Assembly: GCA_963733195.1 (NCBI GenBank)
Contig: CAVTCR010000073.1
Location: 160,001-224,000 of the forward strand
Reading direction: 5' to 3'
DNA from: an uncultured delta proteobacterium
GTDB lineage: Bacteria; Desulfobacterota; Binatia; Bin18
DNA length: 64,000 bases
Positions within the stretch are counted from its first letter, which is position 1, and the number at the start of each line of letters is the position of its first letter. The notes below the pieces were generated by a model. That model was not told where the DNA came from. It searched no databases and was given only the letters and a program-made list of their open reading frames with translations. Shown one piece after another: positions 21,804 to 32,583 of the stretch. Both the position numbers and the translations under genes were made by a program.

Positions 21804-23657
21804 GTGGTGCTGTCCTGGTTGTTGACTCGACGATCTCTGTTGAAATTTGGCGGACTAGTGACCCTGCATGCCTGTGGCCTGAGACTAGGATTTGCAGCCG
21901 AGGAAGCAGCCAAGTTATGTGTATTCGAACATGGAAGCTGGCGTGCGGTGGTGTGTTGTGAGGCACAGGCGAGCCCACAGGTTCGTGCTGCAACAGAGCT
22001 GCTCGCACGTTACTGTCAGCAGAGCACTGGTGTGGCGGTCAGTGTGGTAGAACACCCCGTGGAAGGACAGCTCTGCATACAGGTTGGTGCGAGCAAAGAC
22101 TTCGCGTCTCCAAGTGAATTGCACTCTCTTGATGCTGATAGCTTCGTTATCGACTTTCCCGACGCCAAGACGATACGTATTCTGGGCGGGACTGACTGGG
22201 GAACCGAGTTCGGTGTGTATGAGTTTCTCGAACGCTATCTTGGCGTGCGTTGGTTGTTGCCAGGACCAAAGGGAGAGTATGTGCCGCAACTCCAAACGAT
22301 TACGATACTCCCTGACCCGATTCGTCAGCAACCGACTTTTACGTCACGGTTGCTGAGCGGGTTACGTGGCGAGGAACAAGAGATCTGGGCACGCCGACAA
22401 CGTCAGCATGGACAGATCGAATTTCATCATAATCTCCTCAAGCTGTTCCCGCCAGAACAATATACCAAGACGCATCCGCAGTTTTTTCCTATCCTCAAGG
22501 GACAGCGGTATTTGCCGGCGACAAACCGGACAGATGGCTGGCAACCCTGCTTCTCTGCCGAGGGAATTGTTGAAGAGGCGGTCAAGAATATCTGCGTATA
22601 CTTTGCTCAGCATCCGGAGGCTACATCATATTCACTCGGAGTGAACGATGGGAATGGCTACTGTGAATGTGACGCATGTAAAGAAAGGACGGGCGAACGA
22701 AAGAACTTCCTCGGGCTTCCTGACACTTCTGAAGCATATTTTACCTGGGCAAACGCGGTCGTGACCGGCGTATTGGAACGCTACCCGGACAAATGGTTCG
22801 GCTGTCTTGCATATCGTGCCGTTGCGCAGCCGCCTCCCCAGACAAAGATTCATCCTCGCATCGTTCCGTTTCTGACCTACGACCGTATGAAGTGGGTTGA
22901 CGCGACAATTGCTGCTGACGGAAAGCGAGTCACCGAGCAGTGGCAGAAAGCGGCTTCGCGGCTCGGATGGTACGATTATATTTATGGGACACCCTACTGT
23001 GTGCCACGTGTCTACTTTCACACTATGGCTGACTACTATCGCTACGGGGCACAGCATGGTGTCTCTGCTCTGTATGCTGAAGCCTACCCGAACTGGGGTG
23101 AAGGTCCGAAACTGTATATCGCGCTGAAACTACAGTGGGACCCGACACTCGATGTGGATGTGCTGCTCCGTGAATGGTGCGAAAAGGCTGTCGGTGAAGA
23201 CGCGGCTGGAGATCTCCTGGCCTACTACAAATTGTGGGAGCATTTCTGGACGCAGACTATTGTAGCGTCGCCCTGGTTTACCACGAAGAACAACGAGTAT
23301 CTGTTCTTTGGCCGCCCCGAGTACCTCGAGATCATTACCGATGAAATCTCGCGCAGCCGCTCGTTGCTTGAAGCTGTAGTGGGTAAGGTCAAGACAGCGG
23401 AACAAAAGGCGCGTGCAGACATCCTGTTCCGCGCATTTTCTTACTATGAAGCATCGGCGCTTTCGTATGGAGGGATCAAGAAGAAGGGAGCTGTTGTTCC
23501 TGGACCACCTGAGATCATCGCCTCAGAAGAAACCAAAAACCACGAATACTACAGCCAACTCGCAGCGAAAAGGCAGGCATTGACCGAAGAGTTTCAGCAC
23601 GATCCGGTCTTGGTCCACCCGCTGCCGTTTAACCGGTATCGTACATTACGGTGGTGA
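21804..23657 (+). CDS. DUF4838-like protein with Tat signal (glycoside hydrolase-like)
   Basis: TRRSLLK Tat motif; GTEFGVYEFLERYLGVRW, QPCFS, SLGVNDG.GYCEC..C, LYIALKLQWDP. Confidence 0.75.
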   Translation: MVLSWLLTRRSLLKFGGLVTLHACGLRLGFAAEEAAKLCVFEHGSWRAVVCCEAQASPQVRAATELLARYCQQSTGVAVSVVEHPVEGQLCIQVGASKDFASPSELHSLDADSFVIDFPDAKTIRILGGTDWGTEFGVYEFLERYLGVRWLLPGPKGEYVPQLQTITILPDPIRQQPTFTSRLLSGLRGEEQEIWARRQRQHGQIEFHHNLLKLFPPEQYTKTHPQFFPILKGQRYLPATNRTDGWQPCFSAEGIVEEAVKNICVYFAQHPEATSYSLGVNDGNGYCECDACKERTGERKNFLGLPDTSEAYFTWANAVVTGVLERYPDKWFGCLAYRAVAQPPPQTKIHPRIVPFLTYDRMKWVDATIAADGKRVTEQWQKAASRLGWYDYIYGTPYCVPRVYFHTMADYYRYGAQHGVSALYAEAYPNWGEGPKLYIALKLQWDPTLDVDVLLREWCEKAVGEDAAGDLLAYYKLWEHFWTQTIVASPWFTTKNNEYLFFGRPEYLEIITDEISRSRSLLEAVVGKVKTAEQKARADILFRAFSYYEASALSYGGIKKKGAVVPGPPEIIASEETKNHEYYSQLAAKRQALTEEFQHDPVLVHPLPFNRYRTLRW

Positions 23658-23658
23658 T

Positions 23659-25851
23659 GTGATGACACGCACAGTGCGACATGCGCTACAGATGGGGAAA
23701 GTGTTCGGTCCGGCATGGCTCGCCTATCGACTCGGCTATGCTCTCCGGTTACGAACCGGTGCGTTCCGTTATCAGTTACCAGCAACAAGTTGGACTGCAC
23801 AACCGCTGACAAATTTCCTGCGTGATTCCGCACTTGCTGATCCAGAACGCTACTTGGCCTATCGGCGCGAACAATGCCCGCAGTTCTTCTTCGCTGCGAC
23901 GGATCGTCTCTGCTATCAGCCGTTGCTGAAAATGTGGGATCAGGACGAGGAGAGTGCAGTCGCCACTGCTGACAAGCTCTCACAGGGGGTGTGTACCTAT
24001 TTTGCTCATACACCTGTGGCGACAGGTTATCCACCTGACTGGCATCAGAGTCCCTTTTCTGAGGATACGCCTGCACGGGATCGTCACTGGAGCGAGATCG
24101 ATGACTTTGCCGCTGGTGACATCAAACTGATCTGGGAACCGAATCGCTTTAGTTTTGTGTACACTTTAGTCCGAGCGTATTGGCGTACAGGTGATGAACA
24201 CTACGCCGAATTGTTCTGGCAGCTTGTCGAAGACTGGCGACAGCATAACCCTCCGCAGCAAGGTGTCAATTGGAAGTGTGGCCAAGAAATCAGCTTTCGC
24301 GTTATGGCATGGTGCTTCGGGCTCTATGGAGTCCTCGACGCACAAGCGACGACTCCAGAGCGAGTTGCAATGCTGGCACAAATGATTGCCATCTCCGGCC
24401 AGCGCATTAACGCTAATCTGTCCTACGCCCTAAGCCAGAACAACAATCACGGCATTAGTGAAGGTGTGGGGTTATGGACAATCGGTCTCCTCTTTCCTGA
24501 ACTCCGTGCAGCGCAGACATGGCGGGATACAGGACGACAGGTATTAGAGACGCAAGGCAAAAGGCTCATCTATGACGATGGGGCATTCTCGCAGCATTCG
24601 GTGAACTATCACCGGGTGATGTTGCACGACTACATCTGGTGTTTACGTCTTGCCCAGTTACACGGACGTCGTCTGCATGAAGACCTCTGTAAGAGGGTGA
24701 GCAAAGCGACGGATTGGTTGTATCAGATTCAAGACGAGACCAGTGGCCGTGTCCCATATTACGGACAGAACGATGGTGCCTTGGTCCTACCATTGAGCAA
24801 CTGCGACTATCAAGACTTTCGTCCTGTCATCCAAGCGGCACATTATCTCGCGAACAAAACTCGCTGTTATGAGAGTGGACCGTGGGATGAAGATTTGCTC
24901 TGGCTCTTTGGTGTTGATGCAGTTCAGGCGCCAGTTGTCTCTTCTGAACGTACAGACCTGCAAGCCAAAGACGGAGGCTACTATACAATCCGCTCCTCGC
25001 AGAGTTTCGCTTTTGTACGTTGCGGTTCATTTCACCACCGCCCAGGGCAAGCTGACATGTTGCACGTTGATCTCTGGTGGCAAGGACAGAACATTGCCCG
25101 TGATGCTGGAACCTACAGCTACAATGCCGCGCCGCCGTGGGACAATCCTCTAGCGCATTCGGTCTACCATAATACAGTCACCGTCGATGGCATGGACCAA
25201 ATGGAACGCGTCGACAAATTTCTCTGGCTTCCGTGGGTACGTGGAAAGGTACGATGTTCAGCATTGTCTAATCAGAAGAACATTGCCTATTGGGAGGGCG
25301 AGCATGATGGGTATGGGCGTCTTCCGATGCCAGTCACGTATCGCCGCGGTATTGTCCGCTTAGGCGAAGAATGGTGGGTGGTGTGTGATGAACTACGCAG
25401 CGCAGGGCCGCACCAATATCGACTGCACTGGTTGTTTCCTGATTATCCGTATGCGTGGAACGAAGACACGGGGTCCCTAACCCTGTTTACACCTGCCGGA
25501 CCGTATCACATGCAAACGATGGTCTCGTCGAACGAGGTGAAGACTTCACTGGTGCGAGCCGATTCCAAAAGTCCACGTGGATGGTGTGCCCCATATTATT
25601 TCTCCCGCGAACCTGCCTTATCAATTGACTTGACAGCTATTGTTGACTCCTCGACATTCTGGACCGTTTTTGGCCCTCAGGCGGGCATGATCCATCAGCG
25701 TGAGTCTACACTCAAGATCGTCACAGAAAGTTGGCAAGCCGTGATGCAGGGAGAGACCAGGACTAACTCACAGCTTCCCCTCATGAGCGCAATCACACTA
25801 ACGGGAATGATGAACGACCAATTGGAGATTTCCTCATGCATATCCTCTTAA
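23659..25851 (+). CDS. Heparinase II/III family (alginate lyase-like) protein
   Basis: DIKLIWEPNRF, NWKCGQE, NNHGISE, QHSVNYHR, GQNDGA, RPGQADMLH, DAGTYSYN, HNTVTVDG. Confidence 0.9.
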   Translation: MMTRTVRHALQMGKVFGPAWLAYRLGYALRLRTGAFRYQLPATSWTAQPLTNFLRDSALADPERYLAYRREQCPQFFFAATDRLCYQPLLKMWDQDEESAVATADKLSQGVCTYFAHTPVATGYPPDWHQSPFSEDTPARDRHWSEIDDFAAGDIKLIWEPNRFSFVYTLVRAYWRTGDEHYAELFWQLVEDWRQHNPPQQGVNWKCGQEISFRVMAWCFGLYGVLDAQATTPERVAMLAQMIAISGQRINANLSYALSQNNNHGISEGVGLWTIGLLFPELRAAQTWRDTGRQVLETQGKRLIYDDGAFSQHSVNYHRVMLHDYIWCLRLAQLHGRRLHEDLCKRVSKATDWLYQIQDETSGRVPYYGQNDGALVLPLSNCDYQDFRPVIQAAHYLANKTRCYESGPWDEDLLWLFGVDAVQAPVVSSERTDLQAKDGGYYTIRSSQSFAFVRCGSFHHRPGQADMLHVDLWWQGQNIARDAGTYSYNAAPPWDNPLAHSVYHNTVTVDGMDQMERVDKFLWLPWVRGKVRCSALSNQKNIAYWEGEHDGYGRLPMPVTYRRGIVRLGEEWWVVCDELRSAGPHQYRLHWLFPDYPYAWNEDTGSLTLFTPAGPYHMQTMVSSNEVKTSLVRADSKSPRGWCAPYYFSREPALSIDLTAIVDSSTFWTVFGPQAGMIHQRESTLKIVTESWQAVMQGETRTNSQLPLMSAITLTGMMNDQLEISSCISS

Positions 25852-27676
25852 TTCACCAAGCTTTTGTCGGTCCCAACGAAGCAGGAGGGACACGGCACTA
25901 CGAACTTGCTCAGCATGCCATCAAGAACGGCCATCGCTGTTCGATTGTCGCGAGTGATATTAGCTATCTCACCGGTCAGGTAGCGATACAGAAAACCGGA
26001 CTGGTGAGTGAGCAGGATTGCAATGGGGTACGAGTGCTCCGTGCGTATACGTATCCAGCACTGCATCGGAGCTTCATCTGGCGGATTGTGTCATTTCTCA
26101 GTTTTATGTGTACTTCAGTGTGGGCTGGGTTGCGAGCCGGACCAGTCGATCTTGTCATGGGAACGTCGCCACCTATTTTCCAAGCGGTGTCTGCTTGGCT
26201 TGTTGCACTACTCCGTAGAAAGCCGTTTCTCTTGGAGATTCGCGATTTGTGGCCGGAATTCGCCATTGACATGGGAGTGCTGAAGAATCCTGTACTCATC
26301 TGGCTGTCGCGGTGGTTAGAGCAATTCCTCTATGCACGAGCAACCCATCTGTTAGTGAATTCTCCAGCGTACCGCGAATATCTCATCAGCAAAGGTATTC
26401 CCGCGACGAAAATCAGCCTCATTGCTAACGGTGTTGATCCGGACATGTTCACTCCTGATACGGAGGGGAGCGAGATCCGGCAACGATGGAATCTCACAGA
26501 TCACTTTGTTGTGACCTATGCCGGGGCGTTGGGATTGGCAAATGATATTCCCGTCATCTTGCAAGCTGCTGCACAGCTACAAGATCACGATCAGATTCGA
26601 TTCCTCATTGTTGGTGATGGCAAAGAGCGTGCCGCGCTTGAAGCCCAAGCCCAACAGATGACGACTCACCAATGTGATCTTTACTGGATCACAACCGAAA
26701 GTCTGAGATGCCAGCAATTCTGGCGGCATCCGACGTCTGCATCGCCATTCTCCAGAATATCCCGCTCTTTCGTACAACCTATCCAAACAAAGTGTTTGAT
26801 TATATGGCAGCAGGACGCCCGACCTTGCTCGCAATCGATGGAGTAATCCGCGAAGTGGTCGAAGCTGCAAATGGCGGAGTATTTGTTCCCCCTGGCGACG
26901 CAAGTGCTTTGGCGCAAGCGGTACTATCACTGAGCTATGACCGAGAGAAAGCGCGAAGCATGGGAAAATCGGCTCGCGCTTATGTGGTCGAGCATTTCAA
27001 TCGTCACTACCAAGCCGAGCAGTTTGTGACCCTTCTGCAAGAAGTCGCTCTTACAGCGATACAATCGAGATCAGAGAGGCAGCTTGTGAAACGTGCGTTT
27101 GACCTTGCAGTAACGATTCCCGCCGTGCTTCTTCTTTTACCGCTTCTTGCCATTGTCGCTGTCTTGGTACGGTACAAACTTGGGACGCCGGTGCTCTTTC
27201 GTCAGCAACGACCGGGACTGCATGGAAAGCCATTCACTATTTACAAATTTCGTACGATGACTGATGCACGAGATACACAAGGCATGCTTCTCCCAGATAG
27301 TGAACGCCTTACCCCATTTGGCCGTTTCTTACGCTGTACCAGTCTCGACGAACTGCCGGAACTCTTCAACGTATTGAAAGGGGACATGAGTGTAGTCGGA
27401 CCGCGTCCGTTGCTTATGCACTACCTCGGACGCTACACGCCCGAGCAAATGCGCCGTCACGATGTTAAGCCAGGTATTACTGGTTGGGCGCAGATCAATG
27501 GGCGAAACGCGCTTACGTGGGAAGAAAAATTTTCCTTAGATGTCTGGTATGTAAATAATGCAACCCTGTGGCTAGACCTGAAAATTCTTGGGTTCACGAT
27601 AGGAACAATCTTTCGTCGTGAAGGCATCAACCAACCTGGACACGCCACAGCGCAGGAGTTTCTCGGAAATTCCTAG
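25836..27676 (+). CDS. GT4 glycosyltransferase (WbuB-like) apparently fused to a monotopic phosphoglycosyl transferase (PglC-like); frameshift at about 26660-26700
   Basis: GGTRHYE, TSPPIFQ, EIRDLWPE, PNKVFDYMAAGRP, then in frame KRAFD, KFRTM, SLDELPELFNVLKGDMS.VGPRP, KPGITGWAQINGRN. Confidence 0.85.
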
Positions 27677-27793
27677 ATCATCGCTCTCTAAAGTTCCCTT
27701 ACGCGTGGTCGATATTCTAAACAATATCCAAATCCTTCCTTGTATCAGTCTTGTCACGAGCAAAAAGCTCTGAACATAAGGAACAAGAGAGCC

Positions 27794-28453
27794 ATGCGTA
27801 TACTAATTATTGGGGCAGGGGGACACGCACAAGTCGTTGCCGATATTCTCCTCCAACGACAAGAACAAGACGACCTCACCCAGCCAGTGGGGTATGTCGA
27901 TGATTGTCTCTCTCTCCGCGGACAGCATCTCCTCGGACTGCCAGTGTTCGGGACACTCAACGATATTCCTCAGATTCCTCACGATGCCATTGTGATCGCG
28001 ATCGGGGACAATGCCACTCGCGCACGGCTTTTTGCCTCACTACGTGCACGAGGAGAAAAACTGGTGAACGCAATTCACCCGAGTGCTGTGATCTCCCGAG
28101 ACGTGCATCTTGGCATAGGGGTCATGTTCTGTGCTGGGACAGTAGTGAACTCGGGGACGGTGATTGGAGATAATGTCATTGTCAATACCAATTCCAGTGT
28201 CGATCATCATAATTATGTTGATGACCATGTGCATATCGCTCCTGGGGTTCACCTCGGAGGAAACGTGCACGTCGAGACTGGAGGATTTGTTGGCATCGGC
28301 GCTGCTGTGATTCCTGGGCGCACAGTTGGGAACTGGGCGATTGTTGGGGCAGGAGCAGTGGTGACTGAGGATATCCCTGCGTGGACGACCAGCGTCGGTG
28401 TTCCAGCCCGAGTGATCAAATGTCGTGACACACACGAGAAGATTGCTGCATAA
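27794..28453 (+). CDS. Sugar acetyltransferase, PglD/NeuD hexapeptide-repeat family
   Basis: IIGAGGHAQVV, AIGDN..R, IHPSAVI, hexapeptide repeats, GVPAR. Confidence 0.92.
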   Translation: MRILIIGAGGHAQVVADILLQRQEQDDLTQPVGYVDDCLSLRGQHLLGLPVFGTLNDIPQIPHDAIVIAIGDNATRARLFASLRARGEKLVNAIHPSAVISRDVHLGIGVMFCAGTVVNSGTVIGDNVIVNTNSSVDHHNYVDDHVHIAPGVHLGGNVHVETGGFVGIGAAVIPGRTVGNWAIVGAGAVVTEDIPAWTTSVGVPARVIKCRDTHEKIAA

Positions 28454-28690
28454 GGAATGTGTTGAAACGACAGAGAGCTGTCTTGTTGCACGCACCAAAG
28501 ACATGACCATATCTAAAGTTGGGTAGACGTTTGCCGATAGTATAAGCACACACAGTGACACAAGTGGTTTTTCTCGGCTTGTGTGAGACCGTGCGTGTCC
28601 TGGGGGACTTGTCGCAGCCAGTAAAAACGAAACCAAACCTCTCAGTGAGAGATACTTCTCTCCTGCATTCAGACACTTCTGGGGGATGCG

Positions 28691-29881
28691 ATGATGAATC
28701 AGTCGACGTTGAATAAAACCCTTTCGATTATTTATCCTACCCTGCCATCACTGACGGCAATTGAAGAGGTCGTCCGGAAAAGTTGGGAGTCGGGTATTGT
28801 TACCGTGGGTCCGACCGTCCGTGCTTTTGAAGAAGAAACCTGTCGCTACACTGGGGTGCGCCATACGATTGCGTTCTCTTCATGTACCGCTGGGCTTATG
28901 CTCGTGCCTCGCGCGATGAATCTTCCTCCTGGTGGCGAAGTTATTGTCCCGTCGTTTACCTTCGCAGCCACTGCACAAGCGCTAGTATGGAACGGGCTGA
29001 TTCCGGTATTCACAGATTGCCTTCCGGGGACGTGTACATTGGACCCTGAAGATGTAGAGCGGAATATCACGTCGAAAACCGTGGCGATCTGCCCAGTATA
29101 CATCTACGGGTTACCACCGGACATTGAACCACTTTTGGAAATAGGCAAACGCAAAAATATTCCAGTGTATTTCGACAGTGCACAAGGCTTAGGCTCGACC
29201 TATCGTGGCGTAACGGCAGGCAGTTTTGGTGCCTGTGAAGTATTTTCTTTGAGTCCGACAAAAGTCGTTACAGCGATGGAAGGCGGTCTCATCACCACGA
29301 ATGATGATGCCCTTGCTGCCCGCCTGCGCTCTCTGCGGGACTATGGCAAAGACCCAGAGAACGGCGAAGATATGATTCACTTTGGCCTCTCGGCACGAAT
29401 GGGCGAGATCAATGCTGCGGTGGGGATGTTGTCATTAAGAAATATTGAACAGCTTGTGAATCCACGTTTGCACTGGATCTCAGCATACCGCGAACGTCTT
29501 GGTCGTTTGCCTGGATGTTGGGTGCAGAGCTTTCCAGCGGACCGAACAACCAGTGGCAACTACTTTGTCCTGTTCGTTTCCGACAAAGCCCGACGAACGC
29601 GCGATGAAATGTATCATCGGCTTAAGGATGCTGGTATTCAGACCAAACGTTATTTTTACCCCCCTGTCCATATGCAGACCGCGTTTCAACGGGTGCCGAT
29701 TCGTGTCAGTTCGCGCATCAGCAACACAATTAAAGCCGGCTATGAAGGACTTGCCTTACCTCTGTACTCGCACATGATGGAGGAGCAATTCGAGCGTGTC
29801 TGTCGTCAAGTAGAGGATCTCTTACTTGTGACCACCAACGACGCTCAGCGGAACGCACGAGGCGGTCGTCTTGCCGCATAA
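28691..29881 (+). CDS. DegT/DnrJ/EryC1/StrS PLP-dependent sugar aminotransferase
   Basis: SSCTAGL, VPSFTFAAT, DSAQGLG, FSLSPTKVVTAMEGG, LALPLY. Confidence 0.93.
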   Translation: MMNQSTLNKTLSIIYPTLPSLTAIEEVVRKSWESGIVTVGPTVRAFEEETCRYTGVRHTIAFSSCTAGLMLVPRAMNLPPGGEVIVPSFTFAATAQALVWNGLIPVFTDCLPGTCTLDPEDVERNITSKTVAICPVYIYGLPPDIEPLLEIGKRKNIPVYFDSAQGLGSTYRGVTAGSFGACEVFSLSPTKVVTAMEGGLITTNDDALAARLRSLRDYGKDPENGEDMIHFGLSARMGEINAAVGMLSLRNIEQLVNPRLHWISAYRERLGRLPGCWVQSFPADRTTSGNYFVLFVSDKARRTRDEMYHRLKDAGIQTKRYFYPPVHMQTAFQRVPIRVSSRISNTIKAGYEGLALPLYSHMMEEQFERVCRQVEDLLLVTTNDAQRNARGGRLAA

Positions 29882-29885
29882 CTGA

Positions 29886-30033
29886 CTAAATCAGACCACA
29901 AAAGATTGGCACACGAGTTCTGTCACCCTGAGTGCAACGAAGGGTCTTTCAGGGAGATTCTTCGCGCTGCTCAGAATGATACGAGCGAGAGGTCGCGTTG
30001 GTACGTGTACGAATATCATGTGGTTCGATTGAG
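29886..30033. mobile_element. MITE-like element, copy 2 (minimal 148-bp form, inverted relative to copies 1 and 3)
   Basis: Imperfect 29-bp terminal inverted repeats CTAAATCAGACCACAAAAGATTGGCACAC / GTGTACGAATATCATGTGGTTCGATTGAG flanking two REP-like hairpins. Confidence 0.7.
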
Positions 30034-30079
30034 AAGCCCAGCAACCGTACGTGTTGGTCTCCCTACAACATAACTCGCC

Positions 30080-31993
30080 ATGGTTTATCTGAATCGAATA
30101 CTTCGTCATTTTCTGCTCGTCAGTACGCAGATTACGCTCGTATTGCTTGCACAGTACTTCGCGTTTCTTGTACGTTTTGATGGGGTAGTTCCGCCGTACT
30201 ATAGACACATGTACGAGCACGGACTTCTATGGCTGCTTCTCACTCGTGGTGTGATCTTTTTCCCCTTCCATCTATACGGCAGCTTTTGGCGCTACGCGGG
30301 TATTTGGGACCTGCGAAATATTATTGCGGCAGTTGTGACGAGCTCATTCGTGTTTGCCTTGGTGGCTGGAATTGGGTTGGAGGTGCATTATCCTCGCTCA
30401 GTGTTGATCATTGATAGCGTCTTTCTCATCTGTTTGCTTGGGGGGTTACGCTTAGCGTTGCGAATGTTCGCTGAATGGCAACGGGAGGATGGACAGAAGC
30501 GAGTGCTGATTTACGGGGCGGGAGATGCGGGTGAACGCGTTGCTTCTGATATGCAGAAAAGACGATTGCGGGCGTATGCGCCCATTGGCTTTATTGACGA
30601 TGATACCGAGAAGACCGGCATGTGGATTCACGGCCTCCCAGTGTTTGGGGCTGCTAAGGACCTTGCGCAAATTATTGCGCGTGAGAAACCTGACGAAGTA
30701 TTAGTAGCGATGCCGAGTGAGACTCCGGCCCGTATTCGTGCTGTGGTCAAAACGCTTGAACCATTCAAGATGCCCATTAAGACACTGCCAAATTTAGCAG
30801 ACATCATCGATGGCAGAGCAACGGTGAGTCAAATTCGTGACCTTGCGATCGAGGACTTACTCGATCGTCCTCCAGTACAAATGGACCTTGCGCCAGTTCG
30901 TCACTTTGTCAAAGGGAAGCGGGTGTTAGTGACTGGTGCCGGAGGCTCGATCGGGTCTGAACTGTGTCGCCAACTGGCCCAGTGTGAACCCGACATGCTC
31001 TTGATGTTGGATAAGGCAGAGAGTGCGCTCTACGACATTGACATGGAGTTGCGACAGAAGGCTCCCGCCTGTCCTCGCATGACACTCCTTGTTGATATTA
31101 CCAATGCTGGTCGGTTGCATGATGTCTTCATGCGTCATGCACCACAGATTGTGTTCCATGCGGCAGCGTACAAGCACGTGCCGATGATGGAGATGCATCC
31201 GAGCGAAGCCGTCCTCAACAATATTATTGGTACCCGCCGCCTGTGCGAGATTGCCGCCCAGCGGGGAGTAGAAACCTTCGTACAGATCTCGACTGACAAA
31301 GCAGTCAACCCCACCAATGTGATGGGTGCCACGAAGCGTGTTGGTGAGTTGTTTGTGCAAGCCGTGGCACGGCAAGCAGAGGTACAGAGCCAGACGACGT
31401 TTTGTGCCGTTCGGTTTGGAAACGTCCTTGGTAGTAACGGTAGTGTGGTTCCGCTATTTCTCCAGCAAATCCATCAAGGTGGACCAGTGACAGTAACCCA
31501 TCCCGACATTACACGCTATTTCATGACTATTCCCGAGGCTTCTCAGTTGGTGTTGCGCGCGGCAACTTTAGCAAAAGGCGGAGAGATCTTTGTCTTAGAT
31601 ATGGGGGAGCAGATTCGTGTTCTTGATATGGCACGACATCTGATCCGTCTTGCTGGTTTCGTGCCGGAAGAAGAAATTCCCATTACATTCACCGGACTTC
31701 GTCCTGGAGAGAAGTTGTACGAAGAGCTAGTCGGTACAGACGAGGCTGCCGAACCGTCTAGAGAGATGAAGATCAATCGTGTCTGTCCGCAGTGGCAACC
31801 GGATCTTGATCGGTTAATAACGGACTTGCGCGAACTCGAATGGCTTGCCGAGCAAGGGCGTACAAAGGCAATTATCGCATTACTCCGTGAGATCGTACCG
31901 ACCTTTCGTTTGCCCGAAGCTGAGGTAAAAGCGGAGATCCATACGTCGCTACGTGGTATGGCTGATCCTCCTAGCCTTGCTGTGGCAGCATAA
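30080..31993 (+). CDS. Membrane-anchored UDP-GlcNAc 4,6-dehydratase (PglF/CapD/WbpM family)
   Basis: 4 TMs, YGAGDAG, TGAGGSIGSEL, HAAAYKHVP, STDKAVNPTNVMGATK, RFGNVLGSNGSV, GLRPGEKLYEEL. Confidence 0.95.
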   Translation: MVYLNRILRHFLLVSTQITLVLLAQYFAFLVRFDGVVPPYYRHMYEHGLLWLLLTRGVIFFPFHLYGSFWRYAGIWDLRNIIAAVVTSSFVFALVAGIGLEVHYPRSVLIIDSVFLICLLGGLRLALRMFAEWQREDGQKRVLIYGAGDAGERVASDMQKRRLRAYAPIGFIDDDTEKTGMWIHGLPVFGAAKDLAQIIAREKPDEVLVAMPSETPARIRAVVKTLEPFKMPIKTLPNLADIIDGRATVSQIRDLAIEDLLDRPPVQMDLAPVRHFVKGKRVLVTGAGGSIGSELCRQLAQCEPDMLLMLDKAESALYDIDMELRQKAPACPRMTLLVDITNAGRLHDVFMRHAPQIVFHAAAYKHVPMMEMHPSEAVLNNIIGTRRLCEIAAQRGVETFVQISTDKAVNPTNVMGATKRVGELFVQAVARQAEVQSQTTFCAVRFGNVLGSNGSVVPLFLQQIHQGGPVTVTHPDITRYFMTIPEASQLVLRAATLAKGGEIFVLDMGEQIRVLDMARHLIRLAGFVPEEEIPITFTGLRPGEKLYEELVGTDEAAEPSREMKINRVCPQWQPDLDRLITDLRELEWLAEQGRTKAIIALLREIVPTFRLPEAEVKAEIHTSLRGMADPPSLAVAA

Positions 31994-32140
31994 ACAGTCT
32001 TCTTTCATCCTACTTATTAGTACTCGTGCTCATACGCGCTCCCTACTTTCACAAAAGGGCAGCCTGCGAGTGTGTTGCCCGCCCTTTGCTTTTGTGTTGA
32101 TTGTATCGATAATAAAGAAAATTTTTCTTGAGGAGTTGGA

Positions 32141-32437
32141 ATGTCGCTGCGAGCCATCTTCGCGTTGCTCTTATCGTTATTGGCATTGGTCTTTGCTCTA
32201 CAAAATACCGATCCGATTAATCTACACTTCCTTCTCTGGGATTTTCCCATGAAAGTGGGATTTGCAGTCGGGGCACCTTTCCTCATTGGGGTATTCGTTG
32301 GGCTTTTATTGTCGTGGCGACGGCAGAAGAAGGTGGAGAAAACGCAGCAACTACCTGAACCTGGTTCGCCAGCTGCATTATTGGCAAATGTGAATGCCAC
32401 GTCTGGAAAAAAGAAAGCTGCGAGCTGGTGGTGGTAG
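32141..32437 (+). CDS. LapA family small membrane protein
   Basis: TM-FALQN.DPINLHFLLW-TM pattern; GAGGAG RBS. Confidence 0.75.
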   Translation: MSLRAIFALLLSLLALVFALQNTDPINLHFLLWDFPMKVGFAVGAPFLIGVFVGLLLSWRRQKKVEKTQQLPEPGSPAALLANVNATSGKKKAASWWW

Positions 32438-32583
32438 CAGGCTAATGCAGAATAGTGAATGCGGAATGATGAATGAGGACTGTCTCATGGGTGATTTACG
32501 GATGAAGCTTTAGATTACTGTGCTCGGCCCCCAGACCTCAGTCCTCATGACTTGTCTTTCAGCTCAAGGAAGGGGAGGAAGGG

